Shown piece after piece: positions 44,897-54,502 of a stretch of 62,599 nt of DNA. A model generated the notes under the pieces. The model ran no database searches and was not told the origin of the DNA. It saw only the letters and a program-made list of their open reading frames with translations. A program made the translations under genes and the position numbers. The stretch comes from an uncultured Verrucomicrobiota bacterium (GTDB lineage Bacteria; Verrucomicrobiota; Verrucomicrobiia; Limisphaerales; UBA8199): the NCBI GenBank assembly GCA_903873945.1, contig CAIQQM010000227.1:66781-129379 (forward strand), read 5' to 3'. Numbering within the stretch: position 1 is the first letter of the stretch; each line of letters opens with the position of its first letter.

Positions 44897-45787
44897 ATGA
44901 GCGAATTCAAGTTTGCATGTCCGGTATGCGGCCAGCACATCACGGCCGATTCCGACTCAAGTGGCGGGAAAATTGAGTGCCCGACTTGCTATCAGGAAAT
45001 CGTCGTTCCTCAGGCGCCCGGTTCGGATTCGCACAAGTTCATTTTGTCAGCGGCACAGGTTGCCAGGCCCCGCGAGATTCCAACTGCTCCAGTTCCCGAA
45101 CCTGGCAGCCCAAAAACTTCTCCCGTACGGCCTTTGCCGGCGGCTGTGTTTCTGGTGGTGCTTCTGGTGTTTGCCGTTGGCGCCATCTGGTTCGGTTTTC
45201 GAGACCGCATTTTCAAGTCGGGCCACGAGGAAACCCGGACGCCGGTGGTTGTTCCGGAAACAATCGAGGTGAAAACGGTGCCCGAGCCGGCTCAGCCTGT
45301 GGTGACAAACATCACCTGGTCGCTGGAGATCACCAACGCAATTTTTCCGGAAGTGGTTGCTGCGGGGAGTATCCACGGCAGTAACTTCGTCTGCGAGCGG
45401 GCAACGTTGTATGGGGGGAGTTTGACGTTGCGCCAGGGGAATAGTTGGCCGCCGGATGCGGGAGTCACGATTCAATTCTTTGCGCGGCAGGGCGAGGATT
45501 TGGGCGGCAAGTCGGTTGAGATTGCCTCGGACCAGAAGCCGCCGCTGCCGCGCGTGGTGTTGCGCTGGAAAGACGACGAGTCTAAGCCGATGACCAAAGC
45601 ATTCAGCGGGGGCTACGTATTGAAGGTGACTTTCGGAGAGGTTGCGAATGGGCGATTGTCGGGCAGGATTTACCTTGCCATGCCGGATGATTCCAAGAGC
45701 GTCGTGGCGGGGAAGTTCGATGCGGAAATCAGGAGGCTGCCGCAACGAAGACCGTATTACCCGAAAGCGCCGCCACCGAGGAAGTGA
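44897..45787 (+). CDS. Hypothetical N-terminal zinc-ribbon, single-pass membrane protein
   Basis: CPVCGQ-x17-CPTC zinc-ribbon at the N-terminus. Pro-rich linker, TM AAVFLVVLLVFAVGAIWFGF, and a roughly 180-aa extracytoplasmic domain of unknown family. Confidence 0.6.
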   Translation: MSEFKFACPVCGQHITADSDSSGGKIECPTCYQEIVVPQAPGSDSHKFILSAAQVARPREIPTAPVPEPGSPKTSPVRPLPAAVFLVVLLVFAVGAIWFGFRDRIFKSGHEETRTPVVVPETIEVKTVPEPAQPVVTNITWSLEITNAIFPEVVAAGSIHGSNFVCERATLYGGSLTLRQGNSWPPDAGVTIQFFARQGEDLGGKSVEIASDQKPPLPRVVLRWKDDESKPMTKAFSGGYVLKVTFGEVANGRLSGRIYLAMPDDSKSVVAGKFDAEIRRLPQRRPYYPKAPPPRK

Positions 45788-45840
45788 GGGACGGAGGAGG
45801 GTCGTAAGTGGTTCCGGAGTCCGAAGTTCGATGATCCTGC

Positions 45841-46314
45841 TCAGGCCCGCTTTTTCTTGCAGTCGCCGAATTTTCTGAACTCGTCACAACTGGCGAGGAT
45901 TTGCAGGCGGTGAGCCCGGACGGAAAACCCCAACTTTCGGCTGATTTCGCCTCCCAGTTGCTCGATTATATCACTCTCGAACTCAACAATTTTGTCGCAC
46001 TCCTGGCAGATAATATGATTGTGGTGCGGGTGCTCGGCGTAGTTCGGATCGTAAAACTTGTAGTGCTTGCCAAAATCCAGTTCGCGGACCAACCCGCTCT
46101 CTGTTAACAACGGAAGGGTGCGATAAACCGTGGCGCGTGAAACTGATTTATCCCTCCGGCGCGACCACGTGAGCAGTTGCTCGGCGGTGAAGTGTTTGCG
46201 GGTGCCGAAGACCGTGGCGACGATGGCCCTGCGCTGCGCTGTCATGCGCAAGCGCTTCCGCCCAAGAAAATCCACGAACCGTTCTTTTGCGCCTTTGTCG
46301 CCTGCCGGTGCCAC
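45841..46314 (-). CDS. Fur-family transcriptional regulator
   Basis: LRMTAQRRAIVATVF...HFTAEQL...VSRATVYRTLPLLTESGLV winged helix. HHNHIICQECDKIVEF metal site. GTG start. Metal specificity cannot be called. Confidence 0.85.
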   Translation of the reverse strand: MAPAGDKGAKERFVDFLGRKRLRMTAQRRAIVATVFGTRKHFTAEQLLTWSRRRDKSVSRATVYRTLPLLTESGLVRELDFGKHYKFYDPNYAEHPHHNHIICQECDKIVEFESDIIEQLGGEISRKLGFSVRAHRLQILASCDEFRKFGDCKKKRA

Positions 46315-46408
46315 AGCCGGAGTATAAGGTTGAGCAGGAGTGGGTGTCGATGATCGCTTTGATTTTGGACTTTGGAGTTGGGGGGCCGGACTTTAGGCTT
46401 GGACCGCT

Positions 46409-47680
46409 ATGGCTGTCGAACTCATCAACACGGGAAGCGAACTGATGCTTGGCCGCGTGCTTAACACACACCAGCAATGGCTTTGCCGCCAACTGGCGGA
46501 TCTGGGCTTCGTCGTTAGCCGGCAGGTTGCTGTGGCCGACACCGGGAGTGATATCAAGGAGGCGGTGCGCGAAGCTCTCAGCCGCGCCGACTTAATCATC
46601 ACAACCGGTGGCCTGGGCCCGACTTCGGATGACATGACGCGGGAGTTGATCGCCGAGTTGCTTGGAAAAACGCTGCGTCAAGATCCCGCGCTGGTCGCGC
46701 ATATCGCCCATTTCTTCGAATTGCGCAAACGCCCGGTCCCGGAGCGGACGCGGGCGGAGACACTGGTGCCGGAAGGCGCGATAGTTTTTGCAAATGCATA
46801 CGGCACAGCGGCGGGTTTGGCCATGGACGTCCGGCCGAATCCGTTTCGCCCGGAAGGCAAGCCGAGCTGGCTGATCATGCTCCCGGGCCCGCCGCGCGAG
46901 CTCCGGCCAATGTTCACCGATTCAGTGGTGCCGCTGCTGCGCCGCGTATTGCCGCACTCGGGTTTGTTTGTGTGCCATACGATCCGGACGACCGGCATCG
47001 GCGAATCAATCGTCGAAGAACGAGTGGGCCGCTCTCTGCAAGGCCTGGCTGAGACGGGGCTTGAGATAGGCTATTGCGCGCGGCCTGGGCAGGTCGATGT
47101 GCGCCTGGCCGCCCGGGGCCCTGATGCGGAACGGCTGGTGGGCGAGGCCGAAGAAATTGTGCGGCAGAGGCTTGGTGTGCATGTTTTCGGCAGGGAAGAG
47201 GAGGATTTGGAAGGGCTGATTGTGCGTTTGTTGACGGAGAGGAAAGAGACGCTTGCTGTTGCCGAATCCTGTACCGGGGGCTGTCTTTCGCACAGGCTGA
47301 CCAATGTGCCGGGGGCTTCGGCAGTGCTGCTGGCGGGGTTCGTGACCTACAGTAATCAGGCCAAGCAGAAATTTCTTGGCGTTGAGGCCGGGACGCTGGC
47401 ACAGCACGGGGCGGTCAGCGAGGCGGTCGCACGGGAGATGGCGGAAGGCGCCCGTAAAGAAACCGGGGCGAACTATGCGTTATCGATTACCGGCATTGCG
47501 GGCCCGGGCGGCGGCACGCTTGAAAAACCGGTGGGAACCACTTTTATCGGGCTGGCTGGGCCGTTCCAAACGGTTGTGCAGCGAAATTTCAACCCGTGGG
47601 AGCGGGAGACATTCAAGCAAGTCACGGCACAACAGGCGATGGATTTGCTGCGGAGGAAGATAGCCGGTAAGGCTGAGTGA
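46409..47680 (+). CDS. cinA: CinA-family competence/damage-inducible protein (MoCF-binding domain plus PncC-like deamidase)
   Basis: VELINTGSELMLGRVLNTHQQWL, IITTGGLGPTSDDMT, LPGPPRELRPMF, AVAESCTGG and ALSITGIAGPGGG blocks. Confidence 0.9.
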   Translation: MAVELINTGSELMLGRVLNTHQQWLCRQLADLGFVVSRQVAVADTGSDIKEAVREALSRADLIITTGGLGPTSDDMTRELIAELLGKTLRQDPALVAHIAHFFELRKRPVPERTRAETLVPEGAIVFANAYGTAAGLAMDVRPNPFRPEGKPSWLIMLPGPPRELRPMFTDSVVPLLRRVLPHSGLFVCHTIRTTGIGESIVEERVGRSLQGLAETGLEIGYCARPGQVDVRLAARGPDAERLVGEAEEIVRQRLGVHVFGREEEDLEGLIVRLLTERKETLAVAESCTGGCLSHRLTNVPGASAVLLAGFVTYSNQAKQKFLGVEAGTLAQHGAVSEAVAREMAEGARKETGANYALSITGIAGPGGGTLEKPVGTTFIGLAGPFQTVVQRNFNPWERETFKQVTAQQAMDLLRRKIAGKAE

Positions 47681-47701
47681 GACAGGAGACGGAAGGAAAA
47701 T

Positions 47702-47731
47702 GAAAACGCCCGCAGTGTTCTGCTGCGGGCG
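47702..47731 (-). terminator. Intrinsic terminator ending the nuo-ferredoxin transcription unit
   Basis: Perfect 9-bp GC-rich stem, CGCCCGCAG (47707-47715) / CTGCGGGCG (47723-47731), with a 7-nt loop. On the minus strand it is followed by UUUUC (47702-47706). Lies 19 nt downstream of the ferredoxin stop. There is no U-tract in the plus direction. Confidence 0.65.
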
Positions 47732-47749
47732 CATAGCGAAAGGTGCGGA

Positions 47750-47983
47750 TTAAGCTCCGTTATCGCCGATGGCTTCCACGGGGCAGCCCTCTTTGGCTTC
47801 CTTGCAGCGGGCTTCTTCTTCAGGCGATGCGGGTTGCTTGAAGAGATAAGAGTAACCGCCGTCCTCGTTGCGTTTAAAATTGTCGGGCGCGGTCTCGCGG
47901 CAAAGGTCGCAGTCGATGCACTGGTTATCGACGTAAAATTTGCCTGGCACATTTTCCGGATATTTGTTTGCTGCGTCAGCCAT
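47750..47983 (-). CDS. Small single-cluster ferredoxin
   Basis: ATG at 47983 (track start 48004 is GTG). GKFYVDNQCIDCDLCRETAP...CPVEAI has the CxxCxxC...CP pattern. Confidence 0.8.
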   Translation of the reverse strand: MADAANKYPENVPGKFYVDNQCIDCDLCRETAPDNFKRNEDGGYSYLFKQPASPEEEARCKEAKEGCPVEAIGDNGA

Positions 47984-48094
47984 AAAATTGTTTGTAATTA
48001 CCACCGAATATGGCTGTCGCGCCCCGCGATGGCAAGCCCATTCAGGAGTTTTCGCAGGTTCCGAACGGCGGGCAGTGGAGAAAGCGGGCGCCGG

Positions 48095-49570
48095 CTAAAG
48101 TCGAAGCGCCTTTACGGCTTCTGCGGCACAATCGAGCAACGGCCCCGGGCAGAGGCCGATAAAGAACATGCCCGCCACGCACGCATAAAGGGTGGCGCGC
48201 ATCGTTCTGGAGATGGAGATGGGGGACAAGTTCGCGGCTTCTTTAGACCAATACACCGCGTGCACCACGCCGAAGTAATACCAGAGTGAAATCACCACAC
48301 CCGCGATGGCGGCGGCCACGAGCCAGTAGTATGCGGGGTGCGCCGGGCCTTGGGCGAGGGCGGCTTTGAAGAGCAGGAACTTGCCAAAGAAACCTGCCAG
48401 GGGCGGTATGCCGGCGAGTGAGACCATCGCCAGGGTTAATGTTGTCGCGAGCAGCGGCGAACGTTGACCCAGGCCGGCGAGGGCCGGAATGTCCTCGTTC
48501 TCGACGTGGCGCAATGCGAGGCAAATGACTGTGAAAGCGCCGAGTACGGCAAAAAGATAGCCGCCGAGATAGTACAGGACCGCCGCGGCGCCCGCACCCG
48601 GGTTCTGAGTCGTATTGGCGATTGTTGCAGCCGATGCCGCGATGCCGAGCAGCATGTAACCGGCGTGGGCGATGCTGGAGTAACCGAGCAACCGCTTGAT
48701 GTTGCGCTGGGGAATGGCGCAGAGGTTGCCGTAGAGAATCGTGATGCCGGAGATGACGATGAGGAGCCTGGACCATTGGGCGGTGATGTCCGGCACGGCC
48801 ACGAACAGTACGCGGAGCAGCAGGACGAACCCGGCCGCTTTCGAGCCCACAGCTAGAAACGCGGTGGTGGGCGAAGGCGCGCCCTGGTAAACGTCGGGCG
48901 CCCAGAGTTGGAATGGAAACGCGGCGATCTTGAAACCCAGGCCAACCAGCACCAGCAACAGGCCGAAAAGGAAGATCCGGTTGCCGCCAAACTGCGGCGC
49001 TACGGCGGCCAAATCGTTGAAGTTAAGCTTCCGCGATATCCCGTACACGAGGGCGATGCCAAAGACAGTAAACGAGGTGGAGAGCGCGCCCATGATGAGA
49101 TACTTCACGCCGGCTTCGAGTGAATTCAGCCTCGTCCGCTGAAAGCTGGCGAGCACATAAAAGGTCACGGTGATCAGTTCGAGCGATACGAAGAGCAACG
49201 CAAAGTCGTTCGCGGAAGCGGCGAAGAGCATTCCCGTGAGAGCGAAGAGAACGAGCGCGTAGAACTCACCGATGCCCGCCTGCAGGCGGTCGAAGAATTC
49301 GGCCGACATTAAGAGGACAATAATGGCCGCTGCGAGAAAAAAGCGCTTGAAGAACAGTGCCAGCCCGTCGAGCACATACATATTGCCGCAGGCGGGCTGC
49401 AGTTCGGGACGGACGGCAATGAGGCTGTAGAGCAAAATTGCGCCGAGCCCGGCGGCCGCCACATAACCCAGAATGCGCCGCGCTGAGGCGGGCGTCCATA
49501 AATCCGCCACGAGCAGGCATAATCCCAGCGCCACCACCAGCCATTCATGACTCAGTAAAGCAAGGTTCAT
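48095..49570 (-). CDS. nuoN: NADH-quinone oxidoreductase subunit N
   Basis: 491 aa polytopic antiporter-like protein. 4-nt start/stop overlap with nuoM. Last gene in the conserved nuo order. Confidence 0.88.
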   Translation of the reverse strand: MNLALLSHEWLVVALGLCLLVADLWTPASARRILGYVAAAGLGAILLYSLIAVRPELQPACGNMYVLDGLALFFKRFFLAAAIIVLLMSAEFFDRLQAGIGEFYALVLFALTGMLFAASANDFALLFVSLELITVTFYVLASFQRTRLNSLEAGVKYLIMGALSTSFTVFGIALVYGISRKLNFNDLAAVAPQFGGNRIFLFGLLLVLVGLGFKIAAFPFQLWAPDVYQGAPSPTTAFLAVGSKAAGFVLLLRVLFVAVPDITAQWSRLLIVISGITILYGNLCAIPQRNIKRLLGYSSIAHAGYMLLGIAASAATIANTTQNPGAGAAAVLYYLGGYLFAVLGAFTVICLALRHVENEDIPALAGLGQRSPLLATTLTLAMVSLAGIPPLAGFFGKFLLFKAALAQGPAHPAYYWLVAAAIAGVVISLWYYFGVVHAVYWSKEAANLSPISISRTMRATLYACVAGMFFIGLCPGPLLDCAAEAVKALRL

Positions 49571-51195
49571 GGAGTGTGGAGTGCTGTATGCGCAACAAGA
49601 GTAGGCGCTTTCTCTAAACCGCTGGAACCGTTCCAGGCGGTGAGACGGGGTGTTTCACCCCGCAGAATTTCGGTAACGCCGGGAGCTGCGGAGCCTTCCG
49701 GCTGGGCGGGGGAGAAGCTCGCAACGATAGGTTCTACACTGGGCGCGATCCTGTTCGTGAGCAACCTGGGGGCGAACCCGAAGAGCAGGAGGCATCCAAG
49801 CAGGAGCAGGAAGGGTGTTCTGCGCCAGAGGTGAGTCGCATCGGACAAAGTCGCGGCAGCCCACTTCTCCGGCAGCGGACCGTGGAGCATGCTGCGCAGT
49901 GCGCGCAACATATAGACGGCGCCGATAATCAGGGCTCCCCAGCAACCGAGAATGGTGATTAGCGGAAAAACTTTCCACGCGCCGAAGAAAACGCTGATTT
50001 CACCGGCAAAATTTGCGAAACCGGGCAAGCCGCAGCCGGCGAACCCGGCCATCATCAACGCCCCGCCGATGAACGGCAGCTTGCGGAGCAACCCGCCGAG
50101 CTGGTTCAACTGCAATGTGCCGGTCTGCTGATAGATATAGCCGCTCAATCCGAAGGTGAGCGCCGCCAGAAAGCCGTGAGCGATCATCACGAGCACCGCG
50201 CCGGTCACGCCGATGAGGCTCAGGTTGGCGATGCCGAGAAAGATGAAACCCATATGCGCCACGCTGGAGTAACCGGCGAGCCAGTTGAAATCCTTTTGCC
50301 GCATCGCCACCCAGCCGCAGTAAACGAGATTGCCGAGACAGAGCCAGGCGAGGATCGGCATCCAGCACTGCGCCGCATCCGGCAACAGCGGCAGCGCAAT
50401 TCGGATCAGGCCGTAAAGGCCAAATTTCTTCAACACCCCGGCATGGAGCATGGCGGTCGGGCTGGGGGCGGCAGCATAACCCATGGGCGCCCAGCTATGG
50501 AATGGCCACAGCGAAACAAGTATGCCGAACCCAAACAGGAAAAGCGGAAACAACACATGCTGCGATTTCAGAGAGAGCCGATGTTCCGGCGAGCGCAGGT
50601 AATCTGTAAGTTTTGGAATATCGAAGGTGTTGGCGCCCGATTGCAAATAGAGCGCAATGAGGCCCGCGAGCACAATGAGGGCGCCGATGCTCAGATAAAG
50701 CGTAATTTGAAACGTCGCGTAGTTCTTTTGCTCGCCCCGGCCCCAGACGCCAATCATGATGAACGTCGGCACCAGCGCCAGCTCGTGAAAGAAGTAAAAC
50801 ATGAACAAGTCCAGCGACGCGAAAGCGCCGAGAATCCCGCCCGTCATGACCAGCAATAAAATGTAAAACTCCTTTTCGCGGTCCTTGATTTCCCGGGAAA
50901 CGCAGGCTGCCGCGAATGCAACGAGCGCGCCCATCAAAACGAGACCCACGTTGATGCCGTCTACGCCGACGTGGTAGCTGATGCCAAGGCTGGGGACCCA
51001 CGCAACCTGCTGGTCGAACTGGTAGCCGCTGGTATTGGCGGCAAACCGAACGAACATGATAATGGCGAGCAGGGCGGAGGAGAAGGTGGCAAAAACGGCC
51101 GCCGCGCGCAGCACTACGCGAAAGTTGCGCGGCACGAATACCAGCGCGAGCGCCGCAATCAATGGACAGCCGATTATGAAAGTGAGTATCGACAT
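49567..51195 (-). CDS. nuoM: NADH-quinone oxidoreductase subunit M
   Basis: 542 aa antiporter-like protein. WPFHSWAPMGYAAAPSPTAMLHAGVLKKFGLYGL block. Position between L and N. About 60-aa hydrophilic C-terminal extension. Confidence 0.9.
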   Translation of the reverse strand: MSILTFIIGCPLIAALALVFVPRNFRVVLRAAAVFATFSSALLAIIMFVRFAANTSGYQFDQQVAWVPSLGISYHVGVDGINVGLVLMGALVAFAAACVSREIKDREKEFYILLLVMTGGILGAFASLDLFMFYFFHELALVPTFIMIGVWGRGEQKNYATFQITLYLSIGALIVLAGLIALYLQSGANTFDIPKLTDYLRSPEHRLSLKSQHVLFPLFLFGFGILVSLWPFHSWAPMGYAAAPSPTAMLHAGVLKKFGLYGLIRIALPLLPDAAQCWMPILAWLCLGNLVYCGWVAMRQKDFNWLAGYSSVAHMGFIFLGIANLSLIGVTGAVLVMIAHGFLAALTFGLSGYIYQQTGTLQLNQLGGLLRKLPFIGGALMMAGFAGCGLPGFANFAGEISVFFGAWKVFPLITILGCWGALIIGAVYMLRALRSMLHGPLPEKWAAATLSDATHLWRRTPFLLLLGCLLLFGFAPRLLTNRIAPSVEPIVASFSPAQPEGSAAPGVTEILRGETPRLTAWNGSSGLEKAPTLVAHTALHTP

Positions 51196-51202
51196 GTTCA
51201 GA

Positions 51203-53077
51203 TCATCTCAGCGCGAAGTACAGCAGGAAGGCGACGCCCAGCGCAAAGATGATGGCATGGGTCTGCAAATTGCCGGTTTGCACCAGGCGCAATGCGCGCC
51301 CTAGCAGCTCCGTTGTCCCGTGCGTCCCGCGTACTGCCACCCCGGCGATAATCCAGCGATCAAACCATGCCGCAATGGCGGCGAGGAAATCATGAGGCCG
51401 GATGAACAGGGCTTCATAAATCTCATCGAAGTAAAAACGGTCCCGCATGGCGCGCGACAGGGCTCCCAGTTTTGTCGGCAGGGGATCGGCGGCGGCTTTC
51501 CAGTAGAGCGCAAACGCCGCCAGGAAACCAATCGCGGCGGCGAGCAGGCCCACAGAAGCCGCACCGGGGGAATGCTCGAACGGCATCCACAATCGCTGCC
51601 AGACGCCTTCCCAGCCCGAAAGCATGTGCTGGGCTTCGCCCGAGGGGAACCGGAGCCCATAGACAGTCTCGATACCTATGACGCCGCCGATGATGCTGAA
51701 GGCCGCGAGAATTCGCAGGGGCCAAAGCATTCCCTGCGGCGATTCCTGCGCATGGCCTGCCGGCGCGGATTTCTCTCCGCCAAAGAACACGACGAACACA
51801 AGGCGGAACATGTAAAAGCTCGTAAGGCCCGCTACCGTGATCCCGAGCACGAATAGCGGGTAATTCTGCCGCGACAGTGCCTGGGCGATGATGGCGTCCT
51901 TGCTAAAGAAGCCGCTGAACGGCCAAACGGCCGAGAGCGCGAGCGTGCCCGCGAGAAAGGTCCAGAAAGTGACCGGCATTTTTCCGCGCAGCGCGCCCAT
52001 CTTCCAAATGTCCTGTTCATGGTGCATGGCGATGATGACCGACCCGGCGCCAAGGAACAGCAATGCCTTGAAGAAGGCGTGTGTGGTCAAATGGAACATG
52101 GCTTGTGTGGGATCCTGCAGCCCAACCCCCATCACCATGTAGCCCAGTTGCGAAAGCGTCGAGTACGCCAGGATTCGTTTAATGTCGTCTTGCTGGAGGG
52201 CGATGACGGCAGACAGCACCGCCGTGAATCCACCAATCCAGGAAATGACTTCCAGCGACGGCGGGTTGAGCAGGAAAAAGATCCGGCAGAGCATGTACAC
52301 ACCCGCTGCCACCATCGTGGCGGCGTGAATTAAAGCGCTAACCGGTGTGGGGCCCTCCATGGCGTCGGGCAACCAGACGTGGAGCGGGAATTGGGCGCTC
52401 TTGCCGACGGCGCCGCAGAAGAGCAGAAGGCCGATCAGCGTGGCGGCTCCCCCCAGGATCCCGGGGTTCAGCGTAAGCTTCTCCTGCAGCGCGCTGAAGT
52501 TGAGTGAGCCAAAGATGGTCCAAACCATCAGGATGCCAAACAGGAAGCCGAAGTCGCCCAAGCGATTGGTCAGGAAGGCTTTCTTGCCGGCATCAGCGGC
52601 GGCTGGGCGTTCGAACCAGAAACCGATCAGTAGGTAGCTGGACACGCCGACCAGTTCCCAAAAGATGAACAACTCGATGAAGTTAGACGCGAGAACGATG
52701 CCCAGCATCGAAAACGTAAACAGGCTGAGGCAGGCGAAGTAGCGTGAAACACCGGGATCATCCTTCATGTAACCCCAGGAATAGATGTGAATGACGCCTG
52801 CTACACCCGTCACAACGAGCACCATCAAAAGGCTGAGGGCATCAAACCGCAATCCGAAATCAACCTGGAAACCGCCGATTGCCAGCCACGTAAAAGTGGA
52901 TTCGCGCGCGGGTTCCCATGGGTTTGAGCTGACAAAAACGAGGCTGAGAACAAACCCTGCAACAACCGCTGCAATCGAAAGGCCGGCGCTCAGCTTGCGG
53001 TTCCCCTGCGCAAACAGCGTGATGAACGCCGCCGCACCAAGGGGAAGCAGGAGGATGAGCCAGGGCAAGGTGTTCAT
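51203..53077 (-). CDS. nuoL: NADH-quinone oxidoreductase subunit L
   Basis: 624 aa. FWELVGVSSYLLIGFW, GKSAQFPLHVWLPDAMEGPTPVSALIHAATMV and HAFFKALLFLGAGSVI blocks. Confidence 0.92.
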   Translation of the reverse strand: MNTLPWLILLLPLGAAAFITLFAQGNRKLSAGLSIAAVVAGFVLSLVFVSSNPWEPARESTFTWLAIGGFQVDFGLRFDALSLLMVLVVTGVAGVIHIYSWGYMKDDPGVSRYFACLSLFTFSMLGIVLASNFIELFIFWELVGVSSYLLIGFWFERPAAADAGKKAFLTNRLGDFGFLFGILMVWTIFGSLNFSALQEKLTLNPGILGGAATLIGLLLFCGAVGKSAQFPLHVWLPDAMEGPTPVSALIHAATMVAAGVYMLCRIFFLLNPPSLEVISWIGGFTAVLSAVIALQQDDIKRILAYSTLSQLGYMVMGVGLQDPTQAMFHLTTHAFFKALLFLGAGSVIIAMHHEQDIWKMGALRGKMPVTFWTFLAGTLALSAVWPFSGFFSKDAIIAQALSRQNYPLFVLGITVAGLTSFYMFRLVFVVFFGGEKSAPAGHAQESPQGMLWPLRILAAFSIIGGVIGIETVYGLRFPSGEAQHMLSGWEGVWQRLWMPFEHSPGAASVGLLAAAIGFLAAFALYWKAAADPLPTKLGALSRAMRDRFYFDEIYEALFIRPHDFLAAIAAWFDRWIIAGVAVRGTHGTTELLGRALRLVQTGNLQTHAIIFALGVAFLLYFALR

Positions 53078-53080
53078 CGC

Positions 53081-53386
53081 TTAGAGTTTCATCCTGGCCA
53101 GGTCCTCAACCTGCACGGTCTGGCGTTTGCGGTACAGCGCAACAATGAGTGCCAGCCCCACGGCGACCTCGGCCGCGGCCACCGTGATGATGAAGAAGAC
53201 AAATATTTGGCCATCGGGATTGTTGTTGAACCGGGAGAAAGCGACGAGGGCCAGGTTGGCCGCATTCAGCATCAGCTCGAGCCCCATGTAGATGATCAGC
53301 AGGTTGCGCTGCAGAATAACGCCCAGCAACCCGAGAGCGAACAGGATGGCGCTGACAACCACGTAATGTTCAATGCCGACGTTCAT
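53081..53386 (-). CDS. nuoK: NADH-quinone oxidoreductase subunit K
   Basis: 101 aa, 3 [18 protein letters not shown] and [13 protein letters not shown] blocks. Overlaps nuoJ by 4 nt. Confidence 0.9.
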   Translation of the reverse strand: MNVGIEHYVVVSAILFALGLLGVILQRNLLIIYMGLELMLNAANLALVAFSRFNNNPDGQIFVFFIITVAAAEVAVGLALIVALYRKRQTVQVEDLARMKL

Positions 53387-53895
53387 TTCGCCTCTTTCCC
53401 GCTGAGCAAGACCACGCCAACCATTGCCACGAGCAGCAGCACCGAAACGATTTCAAATGGGAGCAGGTATTGCGTGAACAATAATTTGCCGAGCTGGGCC
53501 GTTCCTCCTTCCAGCAAGGGCAATTCATCCGCGTGCAGCGGGGAACTGGCCAGGCTTTGGAGGAATATGGCCAGGATTGCGCCAACGGAAATAACTCCGC
53601 CGATAACCGCGAAGGTTCTCAGCTTCCGTTGCTCCTCCGCTTTCAGGTCCAACAGCATGATCACGAATAAAAAGAGGACGATGACGGCGCCGGCATAGAC
53701 GAGCACCTGCACCACGGCGAGAAAGAATGCGTGCAAAAGAACAAATAACCCCGCGAGCGAGATAATCGTGAGCACCAGAAACATCGCGCTCGTGACGGGA
53801 TTGCGGCTGAACGGATTGGCGATGACGAAAAAGCCAAAAACCAATGTCAGCGACGCAAAAATGTAAAACAAAATATCCTGCATTTGCCAAACCAC
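53383..53895 (-). CDS. nuoJ: NADH-quinone oxidoreductase subunit J
   Basis: 170 aa, 5 [23 protein letters not shown] block. Position between nuoI and nuoK. Confidence 0.85.
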   Translation of the reverse strand: MVWQMQDILFYIFASLTLVFGFFVIANPFSRNPVTSAMFLVLTIISLAGLFVLLHAFFLAVVQVLVYAGAVIVLFLFVIMLLDLKAEEQRKLRTFAVIGGVISVGAILAIFLQSLASSPLHADELPLLEGGTAQLGKLLFTQYLLPFEIVSVLLLVAMVGVVLLSGKEAK

Positions 53896-53967
53896 AGTCT
53901 GTTGCTTGAGCGGCTTGTGTAACTTCCTGTTCGTTATACAGGTTTAAGCGGTTGCACAATCCCAAAG

Positions 53968-54501
53968 CTACGGCTTCACGCCTTGCGCGCGCGCTTCCTC
54001 GGCCTTTCTGTTCCACTTCCGTGTTTGGTCGTTGTGGACGCCGCCCAGCGCGAGCAATTTGTCTTTATCGTAAATCATCCCGTCGCGGCCCGTGCCCGTG
54101 AGCGAGTAATCTTGCATCAGGAAAATGGCCTCCTCGGGGCAGACTTCCTGGCAGAACCCGCAAAAGATGCAGCGGAGCATGTTGATCTCAAATTCCGCCG
54201 GCGCCTTCTCAACATTCCCCGCGCCGGGCACCCCGGTTGGGCCTGGCGGCGTGATGCGGATGGCTTTTGGCGGACAGACAAATTCGCACAATTGGCAGGA
54301 GACGCATTTGGTCCGGCCCTCCTGGTCCTTCACCAGGTACGGCGCGCCGCGGTAGCCTTCCGGAACCACCCACCGCTCTTCGGGGTACTGCATCGTCACC
54401 TTCTTCTTAAAGAAGTGGCGAACCGTGACCTTGAACCCGCCGAGCATTGCCGGCAGGTAAAGCCGCTCCCAAAGACTCAGTTTTTTGCGTTTGATGATCA
54501 A
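53968..54501 (-). CDS. nuoI: NADH-quinone oxidoreductase subunit I
   Basis: Two 4Fe-4S motifs: CVSCQLCEFVCP and CIFCGFCQEVCP. Confidence 0.92.
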   Translation of the reverse strand: MIIKRKKLSLWERLYLPAMLGGFKVTVRHFFKKKVTMQYPEERWVVPEGYRGAPYLVKDQEGRTKCVSCQLCEFVCPPKAIRITPPGPTGVPGAGNVEKAPAEFEINMLRCIFCGFCQEVCPEEAIFLMQDYSLTGTGRDGMIYDKDKLLALGGVHNDQTRKWNRKAEEARAQGVKP

Positions 54502-54502
54502 T

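Noticed and set aside
45047-45745. 232-aa minus-strand ORF
   Set aside because: It is antisense to the zinc-ribbon membrane protein gene. The plus frame has a coherent zinc-ribbon / TM / domain architecture, whereas this frame is Arg-rich and low-complexity.
46315-46408. Searched the fur-family/cinA divergent spacer for a Fur box (GATAATGATAATCATTATC-like)
   Set aside because: No convincing AT-rich 19-bp palindrome is present, so no autoregulatory site can be claimed from the sequence.
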